Shown here piece by piece: positions 51,530 to 63,164 of a stretch of 64,000 nt of DNA. The DNA is from Eledone cirrhosa (taxonomy: Eukaryota). The position numbers were made by a program, and so were the translations under genes. Location of the stretch: NCBI GenBank assembly GCA_964016885.1, contig OZ024744.1, positions 118,792,001-118,856,000 of the forward strand. The letters run 5' to 3'. The notes beneath the pieces were generated by a model. That model ran no database searches, was not told the origin of the DNA, and saw only the letters and a list, made by a program, of their open reading frames with translations. Positions within the stretch are counted from its first letter, which is position 1. Every line of letters starts with the position of its first letter.

Positions 51530-53720
51530 AAGGAAAGCGAGGGGGGAAAACAGAAAAAAAAACGGGACCACATACAACAAAGGGCAGGCGAAAGGGGTGG
51601 ACAACCGAGCCACTACCAGAGTAAAAGATAACTATCGCAAGGAGCACTGGGAAACCTCTAATGATTTTTGAGGTAAGCCAGCACACTCATGGTGTTACCT
51701 CGGGTGATGGCGAGGCTGAGGTGCTGGAACAGCCAAGCGCCCTCATGAGCTTTACCAGTTACCTCTGTTAGGTGAACCACCAGTGAAGATAGGAATCTTG
51801 CAGTCAGTAACCCGACTCCCCCAAACGCCTTGAATGCCACAGGCTGGGAAATGTAGTTGGCTGACAGATCACAGTATTTTAGGATGTTGTTCCATTCAGC
51901 TTCCAGGATGTGGGAAGAAGCAAAAGAGTCACTAACTGTGACGTCCCAGGTAAGGCACCTGCCTCTTGATCAGGGGCACAGGGTAAGGCCGTTAGGCCTT
52001 TTCTCATCAATTCTGGACAAACCAGACTTCCAAGATTGAGGGGATGTTTGCCCGGGTCAAAGCTCTCTTGAAATTGAGGTTTAACTCCATGTGACGCGCG
52101 AAGCGACCAGCATTCTGGTGGCAAGAAAGACCGTGGGGTCAGGGAGTTTGTCACATCAACACCTCAAACCCATACTGACGTCAGCTCCCACTCTGAGGGC
52201 AATGGAGTCACGAAACTCGTCCAAGCTGAGTAGGCCACCAACATTAGCCACGGGTAGGGCATCAACCCAGTCACCTGAGTATTTGGCGCTGACAGATAGT
52301 AAGCAACACCTTGCAAACTGATATGACTAGTCGAAGAGGGAGCCGAAGGTGGCCTTCGAACTTATGCTGTCCCAATTCTCTGACTTCGACTGTCCTCCAC
52401 CTTCTCAGGAAGAGACAAGCCAACCCACTCCATTGTTGGAGAGCTTCATTCAACTCCCTGTTGGAACTAGTCTATGTTGGAGAGAAGAGGATGCTGCTCA
52501 CCAGGGTTGAGCAAGCGTAGGTGGAGGAAAGAAAGCAGGGGAGAGAAAGGGACGAACACTTACGAAGACCAAGACGCTCAAATCACTGGGCAACGCAGCC
52601 TGATCGCGGGCCTCTAGAGAGAGTTTGACATTGACCAAGTGCTCAAGTCTCTGTGAGAAGGGCTGACCCTAAGCATATATAGAAGCATAAGAATTGAAAG
52701 GTAGTTTCTGAGTATGATAAAACTTTGATGGGGTTCAATTGTTTCAATATTCTTCAGCAACTGCTAAAGGCCAACAATCTTCAATTGGAAGACTGATTCG
52801 AAGGAAAGGTCTGTGATTGAGGTCCAACTCAGCTCCCATCTTGGTGATGGCATCAATGTCCAGTACAAACAGACTGTGCCCGAGTGGATCATCCTGTTGG
52901 ACTCAGCTCAGTAAGAGAGACCTTCTCTCTTACTGAGCTGAGGACGACGTCACGGCTGACAGAGTTGAACGCATTCTTGAGGTCAAGTTTGAGGGTGACC
53001 TTGGGGGGCAAGTTGGTAAAGGCTCTGGTAGTGTGGGCAGCAGCCTCACATCCCAACTTGGTACCAACGCCTAGCTGTATGGGGAAAATTCCTCCAACAG
53101 TGTGTCAGAGACCGATAGCAAACACACCTTTGCAGTGAGAAGGCAAAGGGTGCAACCAACCACAATGGGGCGCAGGTCTCTGTTGGGTTTAGTGAGACCA
53201 AATTTTTTTGCACCAAAGAACAGTGGACAGATATAGGGGAGATCGTTCACTGAAGAGAACCAATTCACATACTGAGTCAGACTCTCCAAGAGCTCGAGTC
53301 TGGCGTCACAGGCCGATAAGGAGAAACCATCCTTGAGGTGCTGAGGTTAAAGGCCGTCAATCCTGAGCCTGAAATAGTGGGTAAGGATGTAATCACCTTT
53401 CTGATGTTATCAGTGGTGTAGACCAGTCTCGAGTATTCTGGTGGTTCAGGCCTGAGTAACTGATCATCTGGGGGTGCCGATGGGTGTTTCTCTTCAGTCA
53501 CTCAAGAGAATCAGAGTTGCATGGAGTGAGGGAGGACAGAGAAGAGAGGAGACAGACAGCTCCTTTAATGTCAAATTCACTGAATTTGGCACACTAGAGG
53601 TTTATCGGCTGCTTGTTGGTAGGCACTGCACTCGATGTCAAACTGGGGTGAGAAGTCGTGAGGGAACCCAATTTCACATTGTGCACGTGAAGAGAGATGA
53701 GAGGGGACAGAAACATTTTC
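51530..53720 (-). pseudogene. Decayed CRE-like non-LTR retrotransposon (RT plus restriction-like endonuclease)
   Basis: DLRPIVVGCTL..L.AK; QLGVGTKLGCEAAAH; LKLDLKNAFNSVSRD; VQQDDPLG; KRPNGLTLCP*SRGRCLTWDVT; WLFQHLSLAITRGN. Confidence 0.8.
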
Positions 53721-54779
53721 TGCCAGCTCACCACCTGATAGATCTCAATAAGGATAAATATATATCCAATATATAAGAACCCTAGAGCAAATCCTTAGCA
53801 ACGCTGGGCCATTCTGCTAGTTACTACTATTACACTTATTTCCCATTACTATTAACATTTTCACCCTTCTTATACTTATCCAAACAAATATTTTACCACA
53901 TATATTCCTCTATGATATTTATCTAGACACACTGTTTGTACATACATATATACCTGCATTTGTGTATATATATATGGGTACACACTTGCAGACCGATATA
54001 GTTGTATGAATGTCCAGGCCTATGAGCAAGTATATATCTGAGTCTGTGTATATGCAGAGATACAGACATGTGTATTTATATGTGCATGGGTGTGTGTCTG
54101 CAGCTACGTATACTCCATGTATGTGTGTGTACTGGTGTATAAGTTAGCATATATAGCTACTGTAGCAACTATTTCATTTATTCATCCATCTATTTATATT
54201 CATTTCACACACTAGCCTCATCCCGTAATCCTTTTTTTTTTCTAGTACAAAAATCCCATTAAGGATATAAATAGTTTACACCAAATCCTCACCCCTAACT
54301 TAGGTTTAATTTACTTCCTTTATTCTTTTCTTTATTTTATTTTATTTCTCTCTGACCAACAGAACCTCCTCCCTTAGTACAGCACCACACTCTTTCATCT
54401 CCCACCACGTGTAGCCCATAACCACACCCACACCCAGAACCCTCATAACATATATACCATGTCTATGAAACAGCCAAAACACCACACACCCACAACCTAC
54501 ACCACACACAACCCACACCAACCATCTCTTCATTATGATCCTTCTCCCCACCTAACACACATACTAAAACATTCCACCATAAATGAATGTGAATCGTTAA
54601 AGACCTACAGGTTCAATCTGTCATTACCACAGCAAAAGTCTGACGAGCTGCTGAGTCCAGAGTCGGGTTAGATTTATACAGATCGAATCTTGAGCTGATC
54701 AATAACAAAACATGCATCACTACACAAGAAATGTAACAAAGACATAACAAATTGTCTTTTTATTATTATTATACAACAA

Positions 54780-55302
54780 CATGGTGGGAGTAGAGACCGA
54801 TACTCAGCCACTAAAAGAGAGGCTAGACGTCAGGTATACTTATCACGCATGGAAGCTGAGAGTTGAAGGTTTGCCAATGTTCTGCGACGAGAAGATCAGA
54901 GACGTGCGATGTTCAATGTGCGTGAACGACCGAGCATGGATGTGTTGAGAGAGAAATTGTGTCTGAGAGGGATAGGTTGTAGTGTGCGGGAGAGGAGACT
55001 GTGATGGTATGGACATGTGATGTGTTGAGAGAGAAACTGTCTGAGAGGGATAGGTTGTAGTGTGCGGGAGAGGAGACTGCGATGGTATGGACATGTGATG
55101 TGCATGGAGGATGACCGCTGGGTAAAGAGGTGCCAAGGAATCCCAGTAGAAGGAAGACCACGAAAAACATAGGTTGACCTCAGATCGCTGAAGCTCACAG
55201 AGGAAATGACGAAGGAACGTGACAAGTGGAGAGATGCTGTGTTGAATAGGACCCCATCCCACCCTTGCAAGCAGGGAAAAGCGGATGTAAAATGATGATG
55301 AT
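54780..55302 (+). pseudogene. RTE family A copy lacking the entire RT, with an ~80-bp internal duplication
   Basis: Jumps from the homolog of ~27800 to the homolog of ~29358; GATGTG-bounded duplication at 54939-55102; normal 3' tail. Confidence 0.88.
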
Positions 55303-55309
55303 TGTCATC

Positions 55310-56060
55310 CTTTGGAAGGGTTGTATTAGTTGGTTGGTTCGTTCGATAACCGGATAGTTGTTTATATATTGTCAAAGCTCTTTCATCACACATTCTGTGA
55401 CCTCCTCAGTGATTGGGTTTTTATTTTGCCCTCTCCTTTGTTCTGTCCTGGACCATCTTGTGTGTTATGTGCTTAGTTTGCGCATGCGTTACATCTGGGG
55501 GTGTGTATGTTTTTATTTATTTATGTCACTAGTTGGTTGTTTGTTCTATTTGTGTATGTTTGTTTTGTTAGTTTGGTTTTTGTGTGTCTTTGTATGTCTT
55601 CATCTTGTCCTTAATTACTAGTTGTGATGTTGCTATTCCACTCATGTTTTCTGTTTAATTTTGGTTGGGGTTCGTTTATATTTGTTGCCTCTGATTTTGT
55701 CTGAACATTGCATCTTTTCTGTGTGTGGATATAATCTTTATCTCTATGTTCTCTAATGTGCCCCTATGTTCTATTTTGGCATGTTGGTGGGGTACTGATG
55801 AGTTTTTCCTATCCTGGAGTTCTCACCAGTGTTCACTTATCATTTGTGCTATGCTACGGGCCGTTTCACCTATGTATGTTATATTCTTATTTCTACACTG
55901 TCCCTCAGTACATCTTATGCTATATACTACGTTCCTAGTTTTGTAGTTAGTTTGCAGACTACGCATTTCCTATCAGCACAGGGTGATCTTTGAAATAGGT
56001 ATATTTTACTAATTAGGGTTTTTATGGGAATCCCTGGTCTTTCAACTATCTTAATATTTA
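55310..56060 (-). pseudogene. Penelope-like element fragment, GIY-YIG endonuclease
   Basis: NYKTRNVVYSIRCTEGQCRNKNITYIGETARSIAQMISEHW*...HQHAKIEH...MFRQ. Confidence 0.85.
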
Positions 56061-56074
56061 ATTTGAGCTTGTCT

Positions 56075-57495
56075 CCGGAAAGAATCTCTGAGTTGAGAGA
56101 TCACAGCTCTGATACTACAGACATGTGGTTATAATATCTCAGGAAAGAATCTCTGAATTGAGAGATCACAGCTCTGATACTATGACATGTGGTTAGAATG
56201 TCTCAGGAAAGAATCTCTGAATTGAGAGATCACAGCTCTGATACTATGACATGTGGTTATAATATCTCAGGAAAGAATCTCTGAATTGAGAGATCACAGC
56301 TCTGATACTATGACATGTGGTTATAATATCTCAGGAAAGAATCTCTGAATTGAGAGATCACAGCTCTGATACTATGACATGTGGTTATAATATCTCAGGA
56401 AAGAATCTCTGAATTGAGAGATCACAGCTCTGATACTATGACATGTGGTTAGAATGTCTCGGGAAAGAATCGCTGAATTGAGAGATCACAGCTCTGATAC
56501 TATGACATGTGGTTATAATATCTCAGGAAAGAATCTCTGAATTGAGAGATCACAGCTCTGATACTATGACATGTGGTTATAATATCTCAGGAAAGAATCT
56601 CTGAATTGAGAGATCACAGCTCTGATACTATGACATGTGGTTAGAATGTATCAGGAAAGAATCTCTGAATTGAGAGGTCACAGGTCTGATACTATGACAT
56701 GTGGTTAGAATGTCTCAGGAAAGAATCTCTGAATTGAGAGATCACAGCTCTGATACTATGGCATGTGGTTAGAATGTCTCAGGAAAGAATCTCTGAATTA
56801 AGAGATCACAGCTCTGATACTATGACATGTGGTTAGAATATCTCAGGAAAGAATCTCTGAATTGAGAGATCACAGCTCTGATACTATGACATGTGGTTAG
56901 AATGTCTCAGGAAAGAATCTCTGAATTGAGAGATCACAGCTCTGATACTATGACATGTGGTTAGAATGTCACAGGAAAGAATCTCTGAATTGAGAGATCA
57001 CAGCTCTGATACTATGACATGTGGTTAGAATGTCTCAGGAAAGATTCTCTGAATTAAGAGATCACAGCTCTGATACTATGACATGTGGTTAGAATGTCTC
57101 AGGAAAGAATCTCTGAATTAAGAGATCACAGCTCCAATACTACAGACATGTGATTAGAATGTCTCAGGACAGAATCTCTGAATTGAGAGATCACAGTTCT
57201 GATACTACAGACATGTGGTTAGAATATCTCAGGAAAGAATCTCTGAATTGAGAGATCACAGCTCTAAGACTATGACATGTGGTTAGAATGTCTCAAGAAA
57301 GAATCTCTGAATTGAGAGATCACAGCTCTGATACTATAACATGTGGTTAGAATGTCTCAGGAAAGAATCTCCAAATTGAGAGATCACAGCTCTGATACTA
57401 TGACATGTGGTTAGAATGTCTCAGGAAAGAATCACTGTATTGAGAGATCACAGCTCTGAAACTATGACATGTAGCTAGAATGTCTCAGAAAAGAA
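56075..57495 (+). repeat. 64-bp minisatellite (~22 units) made of RTE coding sequence
   Basis: Unit GAGAGATCACAGCTCTGATACTATGACATGTGGTTAGAATGTCTCAGGAAAGAATCTCTGAATT; runs directly into the RTE C-terminus. Confidence 0.96.
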
Positions 57496-57706
57496 TCACT
57501 GGACAGATTTTATTAGCAAAACCAACTGGCAGGAGACCCAGGTGTAGACCCCGATCAAGATGGTTGGATAACATCCATGAGCTTGGCTGGTCTCGGGGAT
57601 CCAGCCGGATCAGGTGGAGAAGGTTGCTTGTGAAAGGAGTGTTTGAGGACTCTGCTCTCATGCCTCTCTCAGGAATAACTGGGCGAAAAAGAAGCGTGTT
57701 ATGATG
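57495..57706 (+). pseudogene. RTE (Expander/Rex3-like) C-terminus
   Basis: RITGQILLAKPTGRRPRCRPRSRWLDNIHELGWS. Confidence 0.85.
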
Positions 57707-58163
57707 TAGAGCATAGCTAAGGAGTGGTAATGGAGGGATTATGAGCAGAGAGATTAGCTACTTGGGTGTAAAAATGAGGGTATCTAACAACTTTATATGA
57801 GTTTTAGGTTAAGAGTGATAGTGGAGGTGGGTGTATGCATTGATGATGGGGCAGCTACTTGGGAGTGCTATGGTATTTGGAGACATAGGGATGGGTCAGC
57901 TCACATTCCATGCTGGACTTCACCAGTACAGCATAGTGTCTACTTTCATGGTCACATATATATCATCATCATTGTTATTGTTTAACATCTTTCTCTGTTA
58001 GCAAGGGTTAGACAGGTCTACATAGACCAAGTCAGTACTGAGGCAGGGTACTGATCTCCCAGACAGGTCAGAACAACACACACACATATGCTTATATATA
58101 TATATATACATGGAAAAGTAAGAAACATATGAATAGACCATTAATACATGTTTATTTAAAACA

Positions 58164-58205
58164 GCACCTACGTACGTTTCGCCCGGTTGGGCTTCTCAAG
58201 GGCAT
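58164..58205 (-). ncRNA. Variant minimal hammerhead-like motif
   Basis: TGCC-CTTGAGAA-GCCC(AACC)GGGC-GAA-ACGTACGT-A|GGTG; palindromic stem III, non-canonical core. Confidence 0.4.
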
Positions 58206-58514
58206 AAATAACTAAAAAGCGTTCCTTACATGGCCTGGAAAGTGTTTTTGGAGGTAAGTTCACGTCAGAGTTCATTCTTAGCAAAAAAGCGTGTTTTGAT
58301 TTTGCAGTAGGTCAAGGGAGGTAACTCTGGTCGGTGTTAGGGCAGTCTTTCCCGGACAAATATTAACACCTCTAATATCTAACACTGCCGGCACTAGTAT
58401 TGAGCACCCTCTGCATACGCTATTTGGCAAATAACTACATGTATCACCTATCCCTCCTTTTTTTCTCTCTCTCGATACGTAAATACTCTATATATATATA
58501 TATGTATATATATA

Positions 58515-58858
58515 TCATCATCATCATTATCATCATTTTACGTCCGCTTTTCCCTGCTGGCAAGGGTGGGACGGGAACTGATTCTGGCTTGATTTCTACA
58601 GCTGGATGCCCTTCCTGACACCAACCTCATTTACAGTGAGTGCTGGGTGCTTTGTTTCTGTACACCTACACGTCTACTTTGCAGTGGAATATAGGGACCC
58701 CAGTACCTATCATCTCATTCCTACAGCTGAGTAAACTGGAGCAATGTGAAATAAAGTGTCTTGCTCAAGGAAACAACGCATCACCCGGTCTGAGAATTGA
58801 ACTCACAACCTTTCGATTGCAAGGCCAATGCTCTAACCACTAAGCCATGCGCCTCCAT
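58515..58858 (-). mobile_element. tRNA-derived SINE with RTE-A-type tail
   Basis: Same family as 8281 and 26196. Confidence 0.9.
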
Positions 58859-59372
58859 TTATTGTGGGGTATACGTTCCAGAACCAACCGCAATAAATGA
58901 AAATCTGTGATATAGAGAGACCATAAAGACAACTGTTGATTTCATAGTTTAAGCCTTAAAATACCTCCCCAACATGCTTTAAGTACATATAAACTCATTA
59001 AAACACACTTTTGTATTTAAACACCAAAAACAGCCAGTAACGATCGTATAGAAACTACCACCAACCATCGTACCACTAGTTACCAATGAGGACCATTGCC
59101 AGCCACGGTAGCCACTTGGTAATACACTGCACATCTCCCGTCAGTATATGAAGGGTTTGTAGTAGATTAGAGTAAAACAGTAATGGAATGAAAAATAGAA
59201 ACATTTTTCATAGTTAAAACCTTAAGATGTCTCTTCCTTGCGATATACACTTTAATCACATTGAAAGTTATTTAAGAAGTTTAAATTTTAAACACTACTG
59301 CGATAAGAAATAGATATGTCCCCAAGAAAAATCTGCGATGTAGCGGGACCACGATATAGCGGGGGATTACTG
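58858..59372. mobile_element. Tigger/pogo-like MITE remnant
   Basis: Right end ...GATATAGCGGGGGATTACTG|TA (CAGT-type TIR plus TA); left end GGGGTATACGTTCC, with the TIR eroded. Confidence 0.5.
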
Positions 59373-59685
59373 TATATATATATATATATATAAAAAAAAG
59401 GTATAGAAAATATTGTAGCAAAAAGCCAATATATATATATGTGTGTATAAATAAACACAGTAAATTTTGTGTCTAAAATTACGAGGGTAGAGAATACCAC
59501 AATATGAGTTAATAACTCTGTATTTTATTTGTATTTCGGCTCCCTATCTAGGTGAGCTTATAAATTGACTGTAATAAGGCTATTATTTCTAGCATAACCA
59601 CTCATACCACATATAGCGTGCAGCCCACGAGGAGCATATTTTTACTCCTCCGGTTGCTGTTAGATGTTTTGTTTCATTTGATCTA

Positions 59686-59774
59686 ATCTCTCGCTGATGA
59701 TAGCCTACGGATTATCTGTTACAAACACAATTTTCAGGGCGAAACAGATTAAATCTCTAATCTGTCCGAGAGAT
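59686..59774 (+). ncRNA. Type I hammerhead motif in element ~59447-59905 with inverted terminal arm
   Basis: Homolog of 2794-2875 (stems I and III intact, loop III changed); 59447-59500 is an inverted copy of 59846-59901. Confidence 0.8.
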
Positions 59775-60341
59775 GAAATGTTTTTGATACGGTCAGTATA
59801 AAATTATATCCTACTGTATGTTTAAGATTAAATATTTAAAGCATTTGTGGTATTCTCTACCCTCATAATTTTAAACACAAAATTTACTGTGTTTATTTAT
59901 ACATATATTACTATATAATTGTTTCTACTTTTGACACAAGGCCAGCAATTATCCAGTGCATTACTGGTACTTTATTTTATCGACCCCGTAAGGATAAAAT
60001 AAAGTACCAGTAATATCAATATAATATCATTATGTTTATTCACACATGATGCACATTTTGTGATTGATCAGCTCTAGGTACAATCAGTAGAGTGGGCCCG
60101 TCTCTGGAACCGATAGTTTATCAATACATATATTGTGTGTGAAGCTGGAATATTCAAACTTATAAGCGCTGAGGAAATAAATCTATAGATGAAGGATGTT
60201 CAGTGAGAGAAAATAGCTTATAACAGTTGGGAAAGACTCAAAACACTTTGGAAGAGACAGAAAAAGATGTCATCTGATTTTTATAAACTATTTTATAGCA
60301 ACTGACTGTAATTGCAGTTATTTTCTGCATCTGATCTTCCT

Positions 60342-62628
60342 AGTGTGATAGCCAGGATTAGAACAGACTGGAAGTTTAGAGAGCTGATACCTCTGTGGAA
60401 GAGGATAGTCTGATAGTGTGATAACCAGGATTGGAACAGACTGGAAGTTTAGAGAGCTGATACCACTGTGGAGGAGGATAGTGTGATAGCCAGGATTAGA
60501 ACAGACTGGAAGTTTAGAGAGCTGATACCTCTGTGGAAGAGGATAGTCTGATAGTGTGATAGCCAGGATTAGAACAGACTGGAAGTTTAGAGAGCTGATA
60601 CCTCTGTGGAAGAGGATAGTCTGATAGTGTGATAACCAGGATTGGAACAGACTGGAAGTTTAGAGAGCTGATACCACTGTGGAGGAGGATAGTGTGATAG
60701 CCAGGATTAGAACAGACTGGAAGTTTAGAGAGCTGATACCTCTGTGGAAGAGGATAGTCTGATAGTGTGATAGCCAGGATTAGAACAGACTGGAAGTTTA
60801 GAGAGCTGATACCTCTGTGGAAGAGGATAGTCTGATAGTGTGATAGTCAGGATTAGAACAGACTGGAAATTTAGAGAGCTAATACCTCTGTAGCGGAGGA
60901 TAGTGTCATAGTGTGTTAGCCAGGATTAGAACAGACTGGAAGTTTAGAGAGCTGATACCTCTGTGGAAGAGGATAGTCTGATAGTGTGATAGTCAGGATT
61001 AGAACAGACTGGAAATTTAGAGAGCTAATACCTCTGTAGCGGAGGATAGTGTCATAGTGTGTTAGCCAGTATTAGAACAGACTGGAAGTTTAGAGAGCAG
61101 ATACCTCTGGAGGTGGATAGTGTGATATTATGATAGTCAGGATTAGAAAATACTAGAAGAAGTTTAGCCAGCTGATACCTCCGTGGAGGGGAATAGTATG
61201 ATAGTGTGATAGCCAGGATTAGAAGAGACTGGAAGTTTAGAGAACTGATACCTCTGTGGAGGAGGATAGTGTGATAGCCAGGATTAAAATAGATTGGAAG
61301 TTTAGAGAGCTGTTACCCCTGTGGTGGAGAATAGGATAGTCTGATAGTATGATAGCCAGGATTAGAAGAGACTGAAAGAAGTTTAGAGAGCCGATACCTC
61401 TGTGGAGGAGGATAGTGTCATAGCGAGGATTAAAATAGATTAGCAGTTTAGAGGGCTGATACTTCTGTGGAGGAGGATGGTCTGATAGTGTGATAGCCAG
61501 GATGGGAAGAGACTGGAAGAAGTTTAGAGAGCCGATACCTCTATAGAGGAGGATAGTGTGATAGTGTGATAGCCAAGAGTAGAACAGACTAGAAGTTTAG
61601 AGAACTGATACCTCTGTGGTGGAGGATAGTGTCATAGTCAGGATTAGAAGAGACTGGAAGTTTAGAGAGCTTAAACCTCTGTGGGGGTGGATAGTGTGAT
61701 AGTGTGTTAGCTAGGATTAGAACAGACTAGAAGTTTAGAGAGCTGATACCTCTGTGGAGGGGATAGTCTGATGGTGTGATAACCAGAATTAGTAGAGACT
61801 GGAAGAAATTTAGAGAGCTGATACCTCTGTGGAGGGGGATAGTGTGGTAGTGTCATGGCCAGGATTAGAAGAGACTGGAAGAAGTTTAAAGAGTTGATAC
61901 CTCTGTGGAGGGGCGTAATGTTATAGTGTGATAGCCAGGATTAGATGAACGGGAAGAAGTTTAGAGAGCTGATACCTCTGTTGAGGGGGATAGTGTCATA
62001 GTGTGTTAGCTAGGATTAGAACAGACTAGATGTTTAGAGAGCTGATACCTCTGTGGAGGAGGACAGTGTGATAGTGTGATAGCCAGGATTGGAAGAGACT
62101 GGAAGAAGTTTAGAGAGCTGATACCTCTGTGGAGGGAGCTAGTGTTATATTATGATAGTTAGGATTAGAAGAGACTGGAAGTTTAGAGTGCTAATACCTC
62201 TGTGTGGGTGGGGATAGTGTCATAGCCAGGATTAGAACAGTCTGGAATAAGTTTAGGGAGTTGATACTTCTGTGGAGGGTGATAGTGTGATAGCCAGGAT
62301 TAGAACAGGCTGGAAGAAGTTTAGAGAGCTGATACCTCTGTGTAGGAGGATAGTCTGATAGTGTGATAGCCAAGATTAGAACAGACTAGAAGTTTAGAGA
62401 GCTGATACCTCTCTGGAGGCGGACAGACTGATAGTGTGATAGCCAGGATTAGAAGAGACTGGAAGAAGTTTAGAGAGTTGCTACATCTGTTGAGGAGGAT
62501 AGTCTGATAGTGTGAAAACCAGGATCAGAAGAGACTGGAAGTTTAGAGAGCTTATGCTTCTGTGGAGGGTGATAGTGTGATAGCCAGGATTAGAACAGAC
62601 TGGAAGTTTAGAGAGCTGATACCTCTGC
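60342..62628 (+). repeat. ~60-76-bp minisatellite (~33 units) made of RTE coding sequence
   Basis: Unit (TGGAGGAGGATAGTCTG)ATAGTGTGATAGCCAGGATTAGAACAGACTGGAAG(AAG)TTTAGAGAGCTGATACCTCTG, i.e. GGG.SDSVIARIRT.WKKFRELIPL. Confidence 0.95.
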
Positions 62629-63062
62629 TGACAACAAAGATCTCCTTTCTCAGACTGTATGATGCCTGAGTGCAATGTTACATGGCAGTGAAACATGGGT
62701 CTTGACTGTAGACCTTAGAGGGGTGGAAAGAAGGCGAATTGGATATACTCCAATAGATGTGTAATGTTAATGACACAGCATAATGAGGTGAGAGAAACTG
62801 TTGGTATAAGAGGATGTAATGTGCAAGAGAGAAGACTGCTCTGGTATAGACATGTGAGGTATATGGCGGATAGCATAAAGAAATGGAGAACAATCCCAGT
62901 AGCTGGGACTGATGGAAGAGGTAGATCCAGGAAGATATGGGATGAGGTTGTGAAGAGCAACCTTAAGAAACTAAGCCTCACAACTGAGATTACAAAGGAT
63001 GATGAGGGCTGGAGCCATGTTGTGATGATGAAAACCTGGCCAACAGCCTATATTGTGACCTG
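62628..63062 (+). pseudogene. RTE 3' portion continuing from the array
   Basis: LTTK...LHGSETW...GIRGCNVQERRLLWYRHVR...GRGRSRKIWDEVV. Confidence 0.88.
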
Positions 63063-63164
63063 ACCCATCTATAAACCCCTCATGACGCTTACATGACCAC
63101 TTTACAGTGTGTACTGGGTGGGTACTTTCTGTTGTGACACCTACATGACCACTTTACAGTGATA

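Noticed and set aside
54636-54670. Hammerhead at CTGACGAG
   Set aside because: No downstream GAAA or stem III found.
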